From positions 6,123 through 70,122 of the forward strand of contig CAYPSA010000006.1 of the NCBI GenBank assembly GCA_964413645.1: 64,000 nucleotides of DNA, read 5' to 3'. The translations under genes and the position numbers were made by a program. This DNA comes from an uncultured Gammaproteobacteria bacterium. GTDB taxonomy: Bacteria > Patescibacteriota > Microgenomatia > UBA1406 > HO2-37-13b. The notes under the pieces are model-generated. The model saw only the letters and a program-made list of their open reading frames with translations, was not told the origin of the DNA and made no database searches. The number at the start of each line of letters is the position of its first letter. Position 1 is the first letter of the stretch. This document shows positions 52,777 through 62,433 of this stretch, in pieces.

Positions 52777-55719
52777 TTATTGCCACGCTTCACAGTTTAT
52801 TTTAAAAGGGCACCAGCTACACCAAGGCCCAGTATGTGCGTCAAACTTCCCTACTTTAATTTTAGAAACCACATCTTCAATAGTACCGATAACAACATCT
52901 AAATCTTTCTGAGTCTTTGTAAATGAAACCTTCTTGTTTTCTTGAAAGTAAATGTAGCTTACTGTAATTTTATCTAATGGTTTTCCAAACAAGCTCGGGT
53001 CAGTTGCTGCACGGGCGTACAACGAAAGTTGCATTTCCTTTTTAAAATCTGCATCGCTTGGAACTTTGCCCGTTTTATAATCGATGATTTCGATAGTTCC
53101 ATTTTGCAAATAATCAATTCGATCAATTTTTCCAGAAATATATATTCCTTCTTCAATTTTTATTTTGAACGACTGTTCAAGTCCTGCGATCTTAATTTCT
53201 TTTGAGTGGTATGTATTGTAGAATTCACGTAAAATCCGTTCTCCTTCCTGTTTCATTTCTTGCTCATATTTTTTTGAACCATATCCAATAGGAACCCAAT
53301 TCGTTTTATATAAATCTAAGAGCGTGGTAAGTGTTGGTTGTAGATTTTGCATGTGTTGTTGGTAAAAGAATTGCAGCGCAGCATGAATTGAAGTTCCAAA
53401 AGATGCAGCAGATCCGGCAGCAGTTGGAATTTTTAAAATATATTGGTATTTGTATTTGAGCGGACAAGTAAGATATGTTTGTATCTGTGAAAAAGAAAAA
53501 GCACGGGGGATATGTTTTACTTTTATTTCTTTAGTTGGTTTTTTATCTTCTGTTAATTTTCCAAATGAATTTCGTAAGCTTGGCAAATCAAAAATTGCAA
53601 GTTGCCCTTTGGAATCCTGTGCTGATACGAGCGCTTTTTGAATACCGTTTTCCCCAACTGCTTCAAAAACATACGGAGAAATTTTGTGTTCACGCTTCCC
53701 TTCTCCGTAAAAACTTGAGCCCGACATAAATAATCTTTTTTTTGCACGAGTCATTCCTACGTAAAATAATCGACGTTCTTCTTGCAAGTGTGCATTTCCT
53801 ACAGGTAAAACTTCTTTGATTAAATCATCGGGTAACGGAATTTGTTCTTTACGATCGTATGTAGGAAATCGACCCGATGTAAGATTTATCATAAAAACCG
53901 TATCAAACTCTAAGCCCTTAGCAGCATGAATAGTTGAGATAACTACTGCATTTTGACTTTCAAAATCATCTTCATCCACTGGAGTGCTGTCGCCCAGCTC
54001 CATACTTAAATTTATAAAATCTACAACCGCAATGACCGAAGCATCTTCTTCTTGCAATTCGTACGCTTTTAATTTGTTAAAAAACTTAGAAATATTTTTG
54101 GCTCGGTCTTCTTCCTTTTCAGTTGTGAAGTGGGAAATTTTCGCAAGGTATCCACTGTTTTCAAGAAAGTAAAAAAGTAATTGACCCGCAGTATCTTTTT
54201 TCATGCGAGCAATACTCTGATTAATGAGCGTAACAAGTTTATAAAGGTGCTCTTTTGAATCCTTTCGCATTGAAAAGATGTAGGGTTTGTAATGAATGTT
54301 TTCCTCACTTGAAAGATCACTATACGAAAAGCCAAGATATATAAGTGCGCTTTCGAATAAAGATAGTCCAATTTTTCGACTGAATGAAACTAGCCGAGCC
54401 AAGTCAATTTCATGAATATTGAAAACTTCCATTTGCGTAATCCGATAAAACGCTGCAGAATTATTGATGTCATATAAAACTTCCAAGTATGCAATGAGCT
54501 CTTTTATTTCCGGCTGGCGAAGAAGCATTCCCGGACCAGGAAGTTGAAATGGAATCCCCTTTTTTAACAATGCTCGAATAAATGGCTCACTGTGGCTATT
54601 TGCACGGGTAAGAATTGCAAAGTCGCTGTAGGTGAGTGTTGAGTTTTCTTTTTTCGTTTTAATTATTGTCTTTACTACTTGTTCAGCCTCAGATGTCACA
54701 AAAGGATGGATTTGGAATTGGGGACTTGTTTCGCTTGTACCGATTTTAGAAATAAGATTCTTGGAAATTTTAAGGCGAGCTTCCAACGTATCGTGATCGT
54801 TGTTTTTGATTAGCTTATACGATGTGTCTAAAATAGACTGCGTACTTCTAAAGTTTTCAGTTAATACAATTTGTTTTGATTTTTTATAATCTTTGGTGAA
54901 TGTGAGAATGTTGGAAATAGACGCCCCGCGGAACTTATAAATGCTTTGATTATCGTCACCAATGACAGTGAGATTTGGTTTATTTTTTGTAGGAGCAAGA
55001 AGTTTAATAAGCTCGTACTGTGCTATATTAGTATCCTGAAATTCATCGACTAGAATATATTTAAATTTCTTTTGATACTGCGCAAGAATGTTCTTTCTCT
55101 TTCTGAATAATGTTAGAGTGTATGAGATTAAATCGGCAAAATCCATGATATTGTGAGTGCGTTTCAATTCCTCGAAAGCAGCGTATGCTTGAGCAAGTTC
55201 CACATATTTTTCTTTGTCTTCTTTTTGTTTTGCAGCAAACACTCTATAAGCAGCAGGAGATACGTCTTCGTCAGCAAGTCGTGAGAAATGCTGAAGCAGC
55301 CCAAATAAAAATTTATTTGGATTAGAAAGAGGTTTGAAATATTTTAAATTTAAATTCCCAATATTCCGGCGCAAAAACATAATTGCCTGAGCTTGTGTGT
55401 GGAGCTTATACGCCGGCGACATTCCAATATGAATAATTTCATCGCGCAGGATTTTATCTGCAAATGCATGAAACGTACTAATGTTTGTTTGAAAAAAGCC
55501 AATGGGCAAGGCCTTATCTACCCGATCTTCCATTTCTTTAGCAGCCTTTTCGGTGAAGGTAAGCGCAAGAATTTCATCGGGCTTCGCGAGTTTTTTTTCA
55601 ATTAAGTGTTTTATTTTTTCAACCAATACTGTCGTCTTTCCAGTTCCTGCTCCGGCGATAAGGAGTAGTGGGCCTTTAGTGTGTTTGACTGCCTTAATTT
55701 GTGTGGGAGTAAGTTGCAT
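52777..55719 (-). CDS. UvrD-type helicase fused to a PD-(D/E)XK nuclease with a Cas4/AddB-like 4-Cys cluster
   Basis: GAGTGKT and VDEFQDTN motifs. The C-terminus has TCPLKYKY, GKIDRID, EIIDYKTGK, QLSLY and CSWCPFKINC. TATAAT lies 8 nt upstream of the ATG. Confidence 0.85.
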   Translation of the reverse strand: MQLTPTQIKAVKHTKGPLLLIAGAGTGKTTVLVEKIKHLIEKKLAKPDEILALTFTEKAAKEMEDRVDKALPIGFFQTNISTFHAFADKILRDEIIHIGMSPAYKLHTQAQAIMFLRRNIGNLNLKYFKPLSNPNKFLFGLLQHFSRLADEDVSPAAYRVFAAKQKEDKEKYVELAQAYAAFEELKRTHNIMDFADLISYTLTLFRKRKNILAQYQKKFKYILVDEFQDTNIAQYELIKLLAPTKNKPNLTVIGDDNQSIYKFRGASISNILTFTKDYKKSKQIVLTENFRSTQSILDTSYKLIKNNDHDTLEARLKISKNLISKIGTSETSPQFQIHPFVTSEAEQVVKTIIKTKKENSTLTYSDFAILTRANSHSEPFIRALLKKGIPFQLPGPGMLLRQPEIKELIAYLEVLYDINNSAAFYRITQMEVFNIHEIDLARLVSFSRKIGLSLFESALIYLGFSYSDLSSEENIHYKPYIFSMRKDSKEHLYKLVTLINQSIARMKKDTAGQLLFYFLENSGYLAKISHFTTEKEEDRAKNISKFFNKLKAYELQEEDASVIAVVDFINLSMELGDSTPVDEDDFESQNAVVISTIHAAKGLEFDTVFMINLTSGRFPTYDRKEQIPLPDDLIKEVLPVGNAHLQEERRLFYVGMTRAKKRLFMSGSSFYGEGKREHKISPYVFEAVGENGIQKALVSAQDSKGQLAIFDLPSLRNSFGKLTEDKKPTKEIKVKHIPRAFSFSQIQTYLTCPLKYKYQYILKIPTAAGSAASFGTSIHAALQFFYQQHMQNLQPTLTTLLDLYKTNWVPIGYGSKKYEQEMKQEGERILREFYNTYHSKEIKIAGLEQSFKIKIEEGIYISGKIDRIDYLQNGTIEIIDYKTGKVPSDADFKKEMQLSLYARAATDPSLFGKPLDKITVSYIYFQENKKVSFTKTQKDLDVVIGTIEDVVSKIKVGKFDAHTGPWCSWCPFKINCEAWQ

Positions 55720-55779
55720 GGTACCCCATTATATGCTATAATACGTGCCTATTGGAAGGAAATTAAAGATAAAATAAAT

Positions 55780-56055
55780 ATGGAAGGATCTCTTAGAATA
55801 ATTAGACCAAATGCGTTTTCAAGCTGTATGGATTGTCCAGTCGCCGCGAAAGCTATTGACGCAGCAGCTCCATGTGTCGAAGGCGGTACGCTTACGGAAG
55901 TCGCACTTCGTTGTGAACAGTCAGGGGGAGTCATTTTTATGGGAGTTCAAACTACAGAGGTTGTAGACAATTACATGAAACTAGGAATGAGAATTGTAAC
56001 TCATAGAGAACCTGGCGCTTTAGTAGAATGCCCCGGTCTTCAGTCAAATCAATAA
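55780..56055 (+). CDS. Small 4-Cys protein, unknown family (paralog 1)
   Basis: 91 aa: FSSCMDCPVA...RCEQ...ECPGL. A TGcTATAAT promoter lies at 55734-55742. The track start 55681 overlaps the divergent helicase gene. Confidence 0.55.
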   Translation: MEGSLRIIRPNAFSSCMDCPVAAKAIDAAAPCVEGGTLTEVALRCEQSGGVIFMGVQTTEVVDNYMKLGMRIVTHREPGALVECPGLQSNQ

Positions 56056-56056
56056 C

Positions 56057-56383
56057 ATGCGCGTAGAAAATATATCCGTAGAGCCAAGAAAAAAGTTTTC
56101 AGACTGTGCTACCTGTCCCCAAGCTCAAGACGTTGCTTTAAAAGTAATTCGTGAAGTAAGAGTGCGTCCGACTGATCTGATACAGATTTCTGGTTATGTC
56201 TACAAAGGTGATCAACCAACCAGTTTAGCGATAGCATGTGAGCGCATTCCGGGTAATACATGTCAAATGGTTATGGGAGGTAGTATTCAAGTGGTAAATG
56301 AGCGAGATGGGGTACCGCAAGAAATGGCGATATATGACCGGGCAGTTATTTGTCCTGCACTTTCTACTCCACAAAATCCTTAA
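56057..56383 (+). CDS. Small 4-Cys protein, unknown family (paralog 2)
   Basis: 108 aa: [10 protein letters not shown]...ACER...ICPAL. It starts 1 nt after the paralog 1 stop, and its 3' end overlaps the rpoD 3' end by 20 nt. Confidence 0.55.
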   Translation: MRVENISVEPRKKFSDCATCPQAQDVALKVIREVRVRPTDLIQISGYVYKGDQPTSLAIACERIPGNTCQMVMGGSIQVVNERDGVPQEMAIYDRAVICPALSTPQNP

Positions 56384-57455
56384 GTTTTCGTGCGCGGGTG
56401 GGGTGACGCAATTTTCGAATTGCTTTTGCTTCAATTTGTCGAATACGTTCACGGGTTACATTAAATTCTTTTCCAACATCTTCAAGCGTTTTGCTTTTTC
56501 CATCATCTAATCCAAATCGCATAATAAGTACTTTTCTCTCGCGCTCGGACAACGTATCAAGAACCTCATTTAAGTAATCACGCAAAAATTCTTTAGAAAC
56601 AGTGTCATATAATGTTGGCTGATCAGTATCTGCAACAAATTGCTCAAGCGTCGTTTCCTTATCATCTCCAATAGGAGTAGAAAGTGATTTTGGATGCTGG
56701 GAAATTTTGATTAAATTCTCAACTTCTTTTACAGAAATTTCCATTTCTTTGGCAACTTCTTCATTTGAAGGATCGCGGCCAAGTTTTTGAATAAGTTTTC
56801 GTTGAATTTTGTAGTATCGATTAATATTATCGACCATATGAACTGGAATACGAATGGTCCGTGATTGATCGGCAATAGCACGTGTAATAGCTTGTCGAAT
56901 CCACCAGGTGGCATATGTAGAGAATTTGTATCCTCGGCGCCAGTCATATTTTTCTACACCTTTAATAAGTCCCTGATTACCTTCTTGAATCAAATCCAAA
57001 AATGATAAGCGACGACCTAAGTATTTTTTTGCAATAGAAACAACCAAACGTAAGTTTGATTTAATGAGTTTTTCACGAGCATCAAGGTCTTTCTTTTCGT
57101 ATGCTTTAGCAAGTTTAATTTCATCTTCGAATTGAAGAAGTGGGTATTGACCAATTTCTTTCAAATACATCTTGATAGGATCTAGCGATTCACCGTGACG
57201 AATAGTAACGAGCTGTTTCAGCTCTCGCTCTAGCTCCTCAATGGTTTTTTTTGCATCTTCTTCATCGCGAGTAGAAACATTTTCAAAAATATCGATCTTT
57301 TTTTTCATTGACTTATCAAATAAGTCATCAATTTCTTCGATATGGTGTTCAGGGTCGGGGTAAACAAAGAAGATATCATCAAGAACCAAAAAGCCGTTTT
57401 CTTCTCCCTGCTTAAGAAGTTCTTTGATTGATTTAGGAATTTTTTGCAAAGACAT
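56364..57455 (-). CDS. rpoD: Primary RNA polymerase sigma factor (sigma-70 family)
   Basis: [13 protein letters not shown] (region 2.4) and [20 protein letters not shown] (region 4.2). Confidence 0.9.
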   Translation of the reverse strand: MSLQKIPKSIKELLKQGEENGFLVLDDIFFVYPDPEHHIEEIDDLFDKSMKKKIDIFENVSTRDEEDAKKTIEELERELKQLVTIRHGESLDPIKMYLKEIGQYPLLQFEDEIKLAKAYEKKDLDAREKLIKSNLRLVVSIAKKYLGRRLSFLDLIQEGNQGLIKGVEKYDWRRGYKFSTYATWWIRQAITRAIADQSRTIRIPVHMVDNINRYYKIQRKLIQKLGRDPSNEEVAKEMEISVKEVENLIKISQHPKSLSTPIGDDKETTLEQFVADTDQPTLYDTVSKEFLRDYLNEVLDTLSERERKVLIMRFGLDDGKSKTLEDVGKEFNVTRERIRQIEAKAIRKLRHPTRARKLKDFVE

Positions 57456-57494
57456 ATACTTTGGCCAAAATTAATTAATAATTCTGGTAGAGCG

Positions 57495-57554
57495 GTGACT
57501 GAGATCCTTCGGTCGCTCTGCTCCCTCAGGATGACAGAAAGCGTTCCGGATCAC
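57495..57554 (-). other. ~60-nt imperfect hairpin in the dnaG-rpoD spacer
   Basis: The minus strand reads GTGATCCGGAACGCTTTCTG-[TCATCCTGAGGGAG]-CAGAGCGACCGAAGGATCTCAGTCAC. The arms pair with bulges, and the element looks G+C-richer than its surroundings by eye. Confidence 0.5.
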
Positions 57555-57579
57555 AGAAACTTACTCAACAGGTGTTATT

Positions 57580-59370
57580 TTACAGTACTAGAAGCTTTTT
57601 TTCCACTGCAGATAATTCATCGGTAAGTTTTTGAATCAATGAATTATCGGAATCGGTATTTTCTGAACTTGTTTCGGGTGTATTAATAAGCTCTTTTAGA
57701 CGACGCTTGAGCGCAATTCTCTTAAATTCGTGCAAAAATCTGTCAAAATCGCCAGCTACCGTTGCTACGGTGTCACTTTCGAAAAGAAATAGACTATTGT
57801 AAGAACTAATCAATTCGTTGGGTAATAGACGGCTAAATTCCTGTGGATCAATTGTATCCCCGGTGTATTCCAATAACTTTTCATAAATTTTACGATACGA
57901 TCCGATTGAAAAATCTTCAGGAAGAATAAATCCTTCAAGTCGCCCTAAAACTTCACGTGGTTTTTCATTTTGAAAAACCATTGATAAAATATATTGCTCA
58001 ATAATCTCATGTCTTTTTTTGGCGCCGCCCAGAGGGCTCTGCCCGGCGGGCTTTTCTTCAACAAACCGCTTGTTGGTTTTGGATATTTGACCTTTCAAAA
58101 AATCGCGTAAACTCGAGTCGACCGATGCTTCATCGACTTCTAAAATCTGGCTTAACCGACGGATGTAATGTGACTTAATTATTGGATTTTCTATGTGTGC
58201 AACAAATGGAATAATGACATCGGCAATTTCACGTTTAGCAAATGCATCAATTTTAGGATAGCGAGACAATGTGTTTTCGATAATAAAATCGTAAATATTT
58301 ATTGGGTTATGCAAAACTTTTTTGTAACCAATTGGATTATTTTTAAAAGCCTCATCGGGGTCTTTTCCATCTTTTGAAACTGCAACTTCAATTTTAAAGT
58401 CAAGTGCTTGCGCATCTTTAATGGCTCGTTTTATTGTTTCACTTCCCGAAAAATCACTATCGAGGGCAAGGATAATATGTTTACATAAACGACTCAGGAG
58501 AATTAACTGATCCTTTGTTACAGCAGAACCTTTAATGGCGACAGCATTTTCAATACCATTAGCAAAGCACGAAATCATGTCGAATTCTCCTTCAACCAAT
58601 ACAACTGATTCAGTTTTTCGAATTGCATCGCGACTAATATCAATGCCAAATAGAGTTTCCCGTTTATGATAAATGTGAGTTTCGGGGGTATTTACGTATT
58701 TAGCTCCCTCTACGTCACCCATTGCCCGACCCGAAAAACCTAAAATATTTCCTCGCGCGTCTTTTAATGGAAAAACAATTCGCCCTCGAAAACGATCATA
58801 ATAAGAACCTTTACTGCCTTTTAATGCAAGTCCAACTGCTTCCAAATCTTGTGCAGAATATTTTTTCTTTGCCATAAAAGTTAACAAAGAATCCCACGAA
58901 TTTGGAGCGTACCCGAGCGAGAATGTTTTGATTAATTTATCTGAAACTTTTCGCTCTGTTAAATATTCCCGCGCTCCTGCGGCAACCGCATGATTTTCAA
59001 GTAAATAGTTGTAGTACTTTGCTGCAAGGGCATTAATGGTAAATAATCTCTCTTTTTGTTTCCATGCATTGTCTTCAATTGCCGTTGTTACGAGTTTTGT
59101 ATTTGTCTTTAAGGCAAGTTCCTTGAGCGCTTCGTAAAACGTAATATTTTCCCATTTCATGAAAAACGTAATCACGTCTCCCCCATCTTGACACGCGCCA
59201 AAACAATGCCAAATTTGCCGATCGGGGGAAATTACAAAAGAGGGAGTTTTTTCGTTGTGGAAAGGGCAGTTGGCTTTATAATTTCGCCCTGCCTTTTTGA
59301 GCGTAATGAATGTGCTTAGGAATTCTACGATATCGAGCTTTGATTTGATTTCTGCAATTGCGCCATCCAT
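57580..59370 (-). CDS. dnaG: DNA primase
   Basis: Zinc ribbon CPFHNEKTPSF...C..C and TOPRIM EGEFD. ATG 59370 (MDGAIAEIK) has TGcTATACT 10 nt upstream. Confidence 0.9.
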   Translation of the reverse strand: MDGAIAEIKSKLDIVEFLSTFITLKKAGRNYKANCPFHNEKTPSFVISPDRQIWHCFGACQDGGDVITFFMKWENITFYEALKELALKTNTKLVTTAIEDNAWKQKERLFTINALAAKYYNYLLENHAVAAGAREYLTERKVSDKLIKTFSLGYAPNSWDSLLTFMAKKKYSAQDLEAVGLALKGSKGSYYDRFRGRIVFPLKDARGNILGFSGRAMGDVEGAKYVNTPETHIYHKRETLFGIDISRDAIRKTESVVLVEGEFDMISCFANGIENAVAIKGSAVTKDQLILLSRLCKHIILALDSDFSGSETIKRAIKDAQALDFKIEVAVSKDGKDPDEAFKNNPIGYKKVLHNPINIYDFIIENTLSRYPKIDAFAKREIADVIIPFVAHIENPIIKSHYIRRLSQILEVDEASVDSSLRDFLKGQISKTNKRFVEEKPAGQSPLGGAKKRHEIIEQYILSMVFQNEKPREVLGRLEGFILPEDFSIGSYRKIYEKLLEYTGDTIDPQEFSRLLPNELISSYNSLFLFESDTVATVAGDFDRFLHEFKRIALKRRLKELINTPETSSENTDSDNSLIQKLTDELSAVEKKLLVL

Positions 59371-59437
59371 GGTGAGAAAGAGTATAGCACATGTTTCTAC
59401 TTGAGCATAGAAAGAGTAATTGATAGTATTTAAATAC

Positions 59438-60607
59438 ATGAACAACGAGCAGAAGATATATGATGTAGTAATTGTAGGTGCTGGATATGCTGGTTTGTAC
59501 TTAGCTCAGCTACTTTCGCAACAATATTCAGTATGTCTAGTAGAGAAAAAGAAGGACTTGGTAGGAGAGCTTAACACAACGGGTTCTACTCTTTTTAACC
59601 AGAAAGATGATATTTTTACTCTCTTTAACATTCCAGAAGAGCTTATATTGACAAAGTATAGCTCGATAAGTATCCAGTCTAAGATAAATAAGGTTACAAC
59701 TGAAAAGAATATGTTTCCATGGGTATTACTAGATATCCCTGCTTTAAAAAAGTATCTCGTGAATAATATTCACAAGTCTGCCTACATTATGAAAGGGAGT
59801 GAGGTAATAGATATCATTAAGCATAAAGACTCTTATGAAGGGGTTACGGTTCAAAATATTGATACTAGAGAAGAAGTTCAAATAAAGGGGAAAATGATCG
59901 TGGATGCTTCGGGTTCAAGTGATGCTTTGGCGACTAAAACACATATGAGGATACCTCGATTTAAATCGCAATGTTATCAGGTTGATGCAGATATAGATAT
60001 TGATTTTGATGATTCACATGTGCAAACATTTATGGGGCACCCTTTTTGTGAAAAAGGCTATGCATACATTTTCCCCATAAGTAAGAAGCGCGTTCGGATT
60101 GGTACCAACTCTATTTACAGTCTGACGGGAAATAAGGCTGGTATTGAAGATCTTTTCGCAGACTTTCTACGATATTTGAATGCCACCCCTACCAACATTG
60201 ATAATGAGGTAAAGATAGAAGTTTACACGGGAGGTGTAAATATAAACAATTCAAAAAATAATTTATTAATAATTGGAGACGCTGCGGGATATATATCACC
60301 ATTTGTTGGTGAAGGAATTCGTTTTGCATTCCATTCAGCGGACATTGCTTCTAAACTAGTTGCTTCGTATTTAGAATCTGGGAATAAGAGTTCACTAGAA
60401 CAATTCTATAGTCAGTGGGAAAAACGCTTTGGGCGCACGTTTAAGTTATCGTATTATTTGCAGTATATTTTATTGCATATTAATGATAATCTTATAGATA
60501 GTTTCGTGTATAAATTACAGAAAGTATCGAGAAAACACCCTTTGTTGTTGTTTAAATTTATTGCTACTAAGAATACTTTCATCGATTTTGTACGAATCAT
60601 AGTATGA
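59438..60607 (+). CDS. Geranylgeranyl-reductase-family FAD-dependent oxidoreductase
   Basis: YDVVIVGAGYAGL FAD fold and IGDAAGYISPFVGEGI motif. Confidence 0.6.
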   Translation: MNNEQKIYDVVIVGAGYAGLYLAQLLSQQYSVCLVEKKKDLVGELNTTGSTLFNQKDDIFTLFNIPEELILTKYSSISIQSKINKVTTEKNMFPWVLLDIPALKKYLVNNIHKSAYIMKGSEVIDIIKHKDSYEGVTVQNIDTREEVQIKGKMIVDASGSSDALATKTHMRIPRFKSQCYQVDADIDIDFDDSHVQTFMGHPFCEKGYAYIFPISKKRVRIGTNSIYSLTGNKAGIEDLFADFLRYLNATPTNIDNEVKIEVYTGGVNINNSKNNLLIIGDAAGYISPFVGEGIRFAFHSADIASKLVASYLESGNKSSLEQFYSQWEKRFGRTFKLSYYLQYILLHINDNLIDSFVYKLQKVSRKHPLLLFKFIATKNTFIDFVRIIV

Positions 60608-61008
60608 GTAAACCGATGTTGCTTTTTTTATATTTATGCATGATAGTGATAAGCTTGTCTTTGGATGTTCTTGTGGAAAAAGTGTTTTTGAGGTATTCAA
60701 AGAAGAAGTATAAAAAACACCATATACCGCTGAGTCGTTATGTAATGGCATTTATTTTACCTTTAATAGTAATTCTGCTTTTGGCTTTTCACGTAGATTT
60801 CTCATATCTAAGTATCTTTATTTTAGTAGCTATTTTAGGAACTCTTTTGGAATTATTTGCAGGGTGGTGGTCTCATGCGATATTGGGTAAAAAGTTATGG
60901 ACGTATCATCAATATAAGATCACGACTTACACGAGTTTTCTTTCAGTTCCTATGTGGGGGGTTTGCGGTGTGCTGATAAGCTTGTTGTACAATGTTATAA
61001 ATTCTTAA
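60604..61008 (+). CDS. Small polytopic membrane protein (CmpB / 'ABC-transporter type IV'-like, weak call)
   Basis: 4 TM helices and a GKKLWTYHQY motif. Overlaps the upstream gene by 4 nt. Confidence 0.4.
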   Translation: MSKPMLLFLYLCMIVISLSLDVLVEKVFLRYSKKKYKKHHIPLSRYVMAFILPLIVILLLAFHVDFSYLSIFILVAILGTLLELFAGWWSHAILGKKLWTYHQYKITTYTSFLSVPMWGVCGVLISLLYNVINS

Positions 61009-61048
61009 GACTCCAGAAAATTTGCGACGCTTAATAACTTCACGTTAA

Positions 61049-62335
61049 TTATCTTTTCACGTTAACTAATCTTATTAGCTCCCCGATCTTTTTATGCTCC
61101 TCAGTTTCTTCTCCTTTTACTAGCTTGGCATATAAATGCTCAATTCCCCATAACCGTAAAGTGGTTGGTTTAGATGTGTCTACAAAGGGGAATGATCGTA
61201 ATACTGCAAAGCGTAATGATTGAGCACTATTTCCAGGTTGCGTGCGGTTTCCCCATGGTTCTGCTTGCAGCTCAGTAACTTCGGTACGAATGCCGCTGGT
61301 TGTCATGTCTGCTACGTAGTCGTGCAAAACATGTTCTGTGCGTGACGATAGTAATGCCATTTGGGTGTCAACTTGCAGTCCATCGGAAAATGGAACGGTC
61401 ATGCTATGTGGTGTTTCAGGGTATACATCAACTCCGGTAATTACGTGAGTTCCCGGACGTGCTGCTACGATTGATTTTGCAAGCTGCGCTGTATACTCAA
61501 GTGTTGATAAGTGAGGAATGGGACTTTTAGATTGTTTTACTGCGGGACTATTAAGCAAAATAGGGCTATTGGGAAAATGATCTAGGATTGTTCCAACGAC
61601 AGCAAATAAATGGTCGTTACTCGCAACCCATTCATGTTCTCCAAAGGGTGTTTGCGCTTCGTTTTCAGGTTGAATGCTTACAGTGTGGTCGCCAGTGAGT
61701 TTTTTAAGTTCGGGGAGCATGGCATTAAGATATTCAAGGCCTTCACGGGCTAATGGATCAGCTGGTTGTATAAGAGCTCCTTTTTTAGGAAGAGTCCCCG
61801 CTTGTTCATGACGAGCCCTGACGGTTTCTGGTACATGATCTTCGGGCCAGCGGAACACCTTGACTGGACCGACATTAAGACATAGATTCATACCCCGTTT
61901 CAAACTCTGCTCAATCCAGGGAGCGTAATATGACAAATCTACTTCTCCATTTTTATTGACACTGCGATTCCAGCGAAGACCTAAGCGAACTTCATTAATA
62001 CCATTTTCTTGCAAAAAATCTAAAACCTGCTCAGGGGAGTCGTGTATACCAAGCCACTCAAGTTGTTCGGGTGAAAGTGAACAGCCCAAGCGGATATTCT
62101 TAAGTTCGTCTTTATGTTCTTCTATAAATTGCGCATTTTCTGCGCTAGCAGTTTCCCAATCAGCTTTGAGTTGTAGTGCGGGTTGTAGAAGACGATCGTT
62201 TGCCTCATTCAATATATTTGTTGTACCGCCTGCAAAAAGACCAGCTCCAAGAGCGCCTGCACGTTTTAATAACGTACGTCGGGTTATTGGGTCTATTGAT
62301 TCAGAATTTTGAGAAGGTAGTGTTTCATCGGACAT
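61049..62335 (-). CDS. Secreted (twin-arginine signal) clan GH-A-like TIM-barrel glycoside hydrolase
   Basis: The N-terminal TRRTLLKRAGALGAG is Tat-like. IQPENEAQTP is a candidate acid/base NE motif and TELQAEPWG a candidate nucleophile. The gene looks richer in G+C than its neighbours by eye. Confidence 0.55.
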   Translation of the reverse strand: MSDETLPSQNSESIDPITRRTLLKRAGALGAGLFAGGTTNILNEANDRLLQPALQLKADWETASAENAQFIEEHKDELKNIRLGCSLSPEQLEWLGIHDSPEQVLDFLQENGINEVRLGLRWNRSVNKNGEVDLSYYAPWIEQSLKRGMNLCLNVGPVKVFRWPEDHVPETVRARHEQAGTLPKKGALIQPADPLAREGLEYLNAMLPELKKLTGDHTVSIQPENEAQTPFGEHEWVASNDHLFAVVGTILDHFPNSPILLNSPAVKQSKSPIPHLSTLEYTAQLAKSIVAARPGTHVITGVDVYPETPHSMTVPFSDGLQVDTQMALLSSRTEHVLHDYVADMTTSGIRTEVTELQAEPWGNRTQPGNSAQSLRFAVLRSFPFVDTSKPTTLRLWGIEHLYAKLVKGEETEEHKKIGELIRLVNVKR

Positions 62336-62346
62336 AGTTGCGAGGG

Positions 62347-62433
62347 CGGTGGGGGCGAGATTCGAACTCGCGGTAACATTGCTGCTACACTGGTTTTCGA
62401 AACCAGCTCATTCGACCACTCTGACACCCCACC
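62347..62433 (-). tRNA. tRNA-Ser (anticodon CGA)
   Basis: Hand-folded. Acceptor GGTGGGG/CCCCACC, anticodon arm CTGGT-TTCGAAA-ACCAG, long variable arm GTAGCA-GCAA-TGTTAC, T-arm GCGAG-TTCGAAT-CTCGC and discriminator G. No encoded CCA. Confidence 0.85.
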
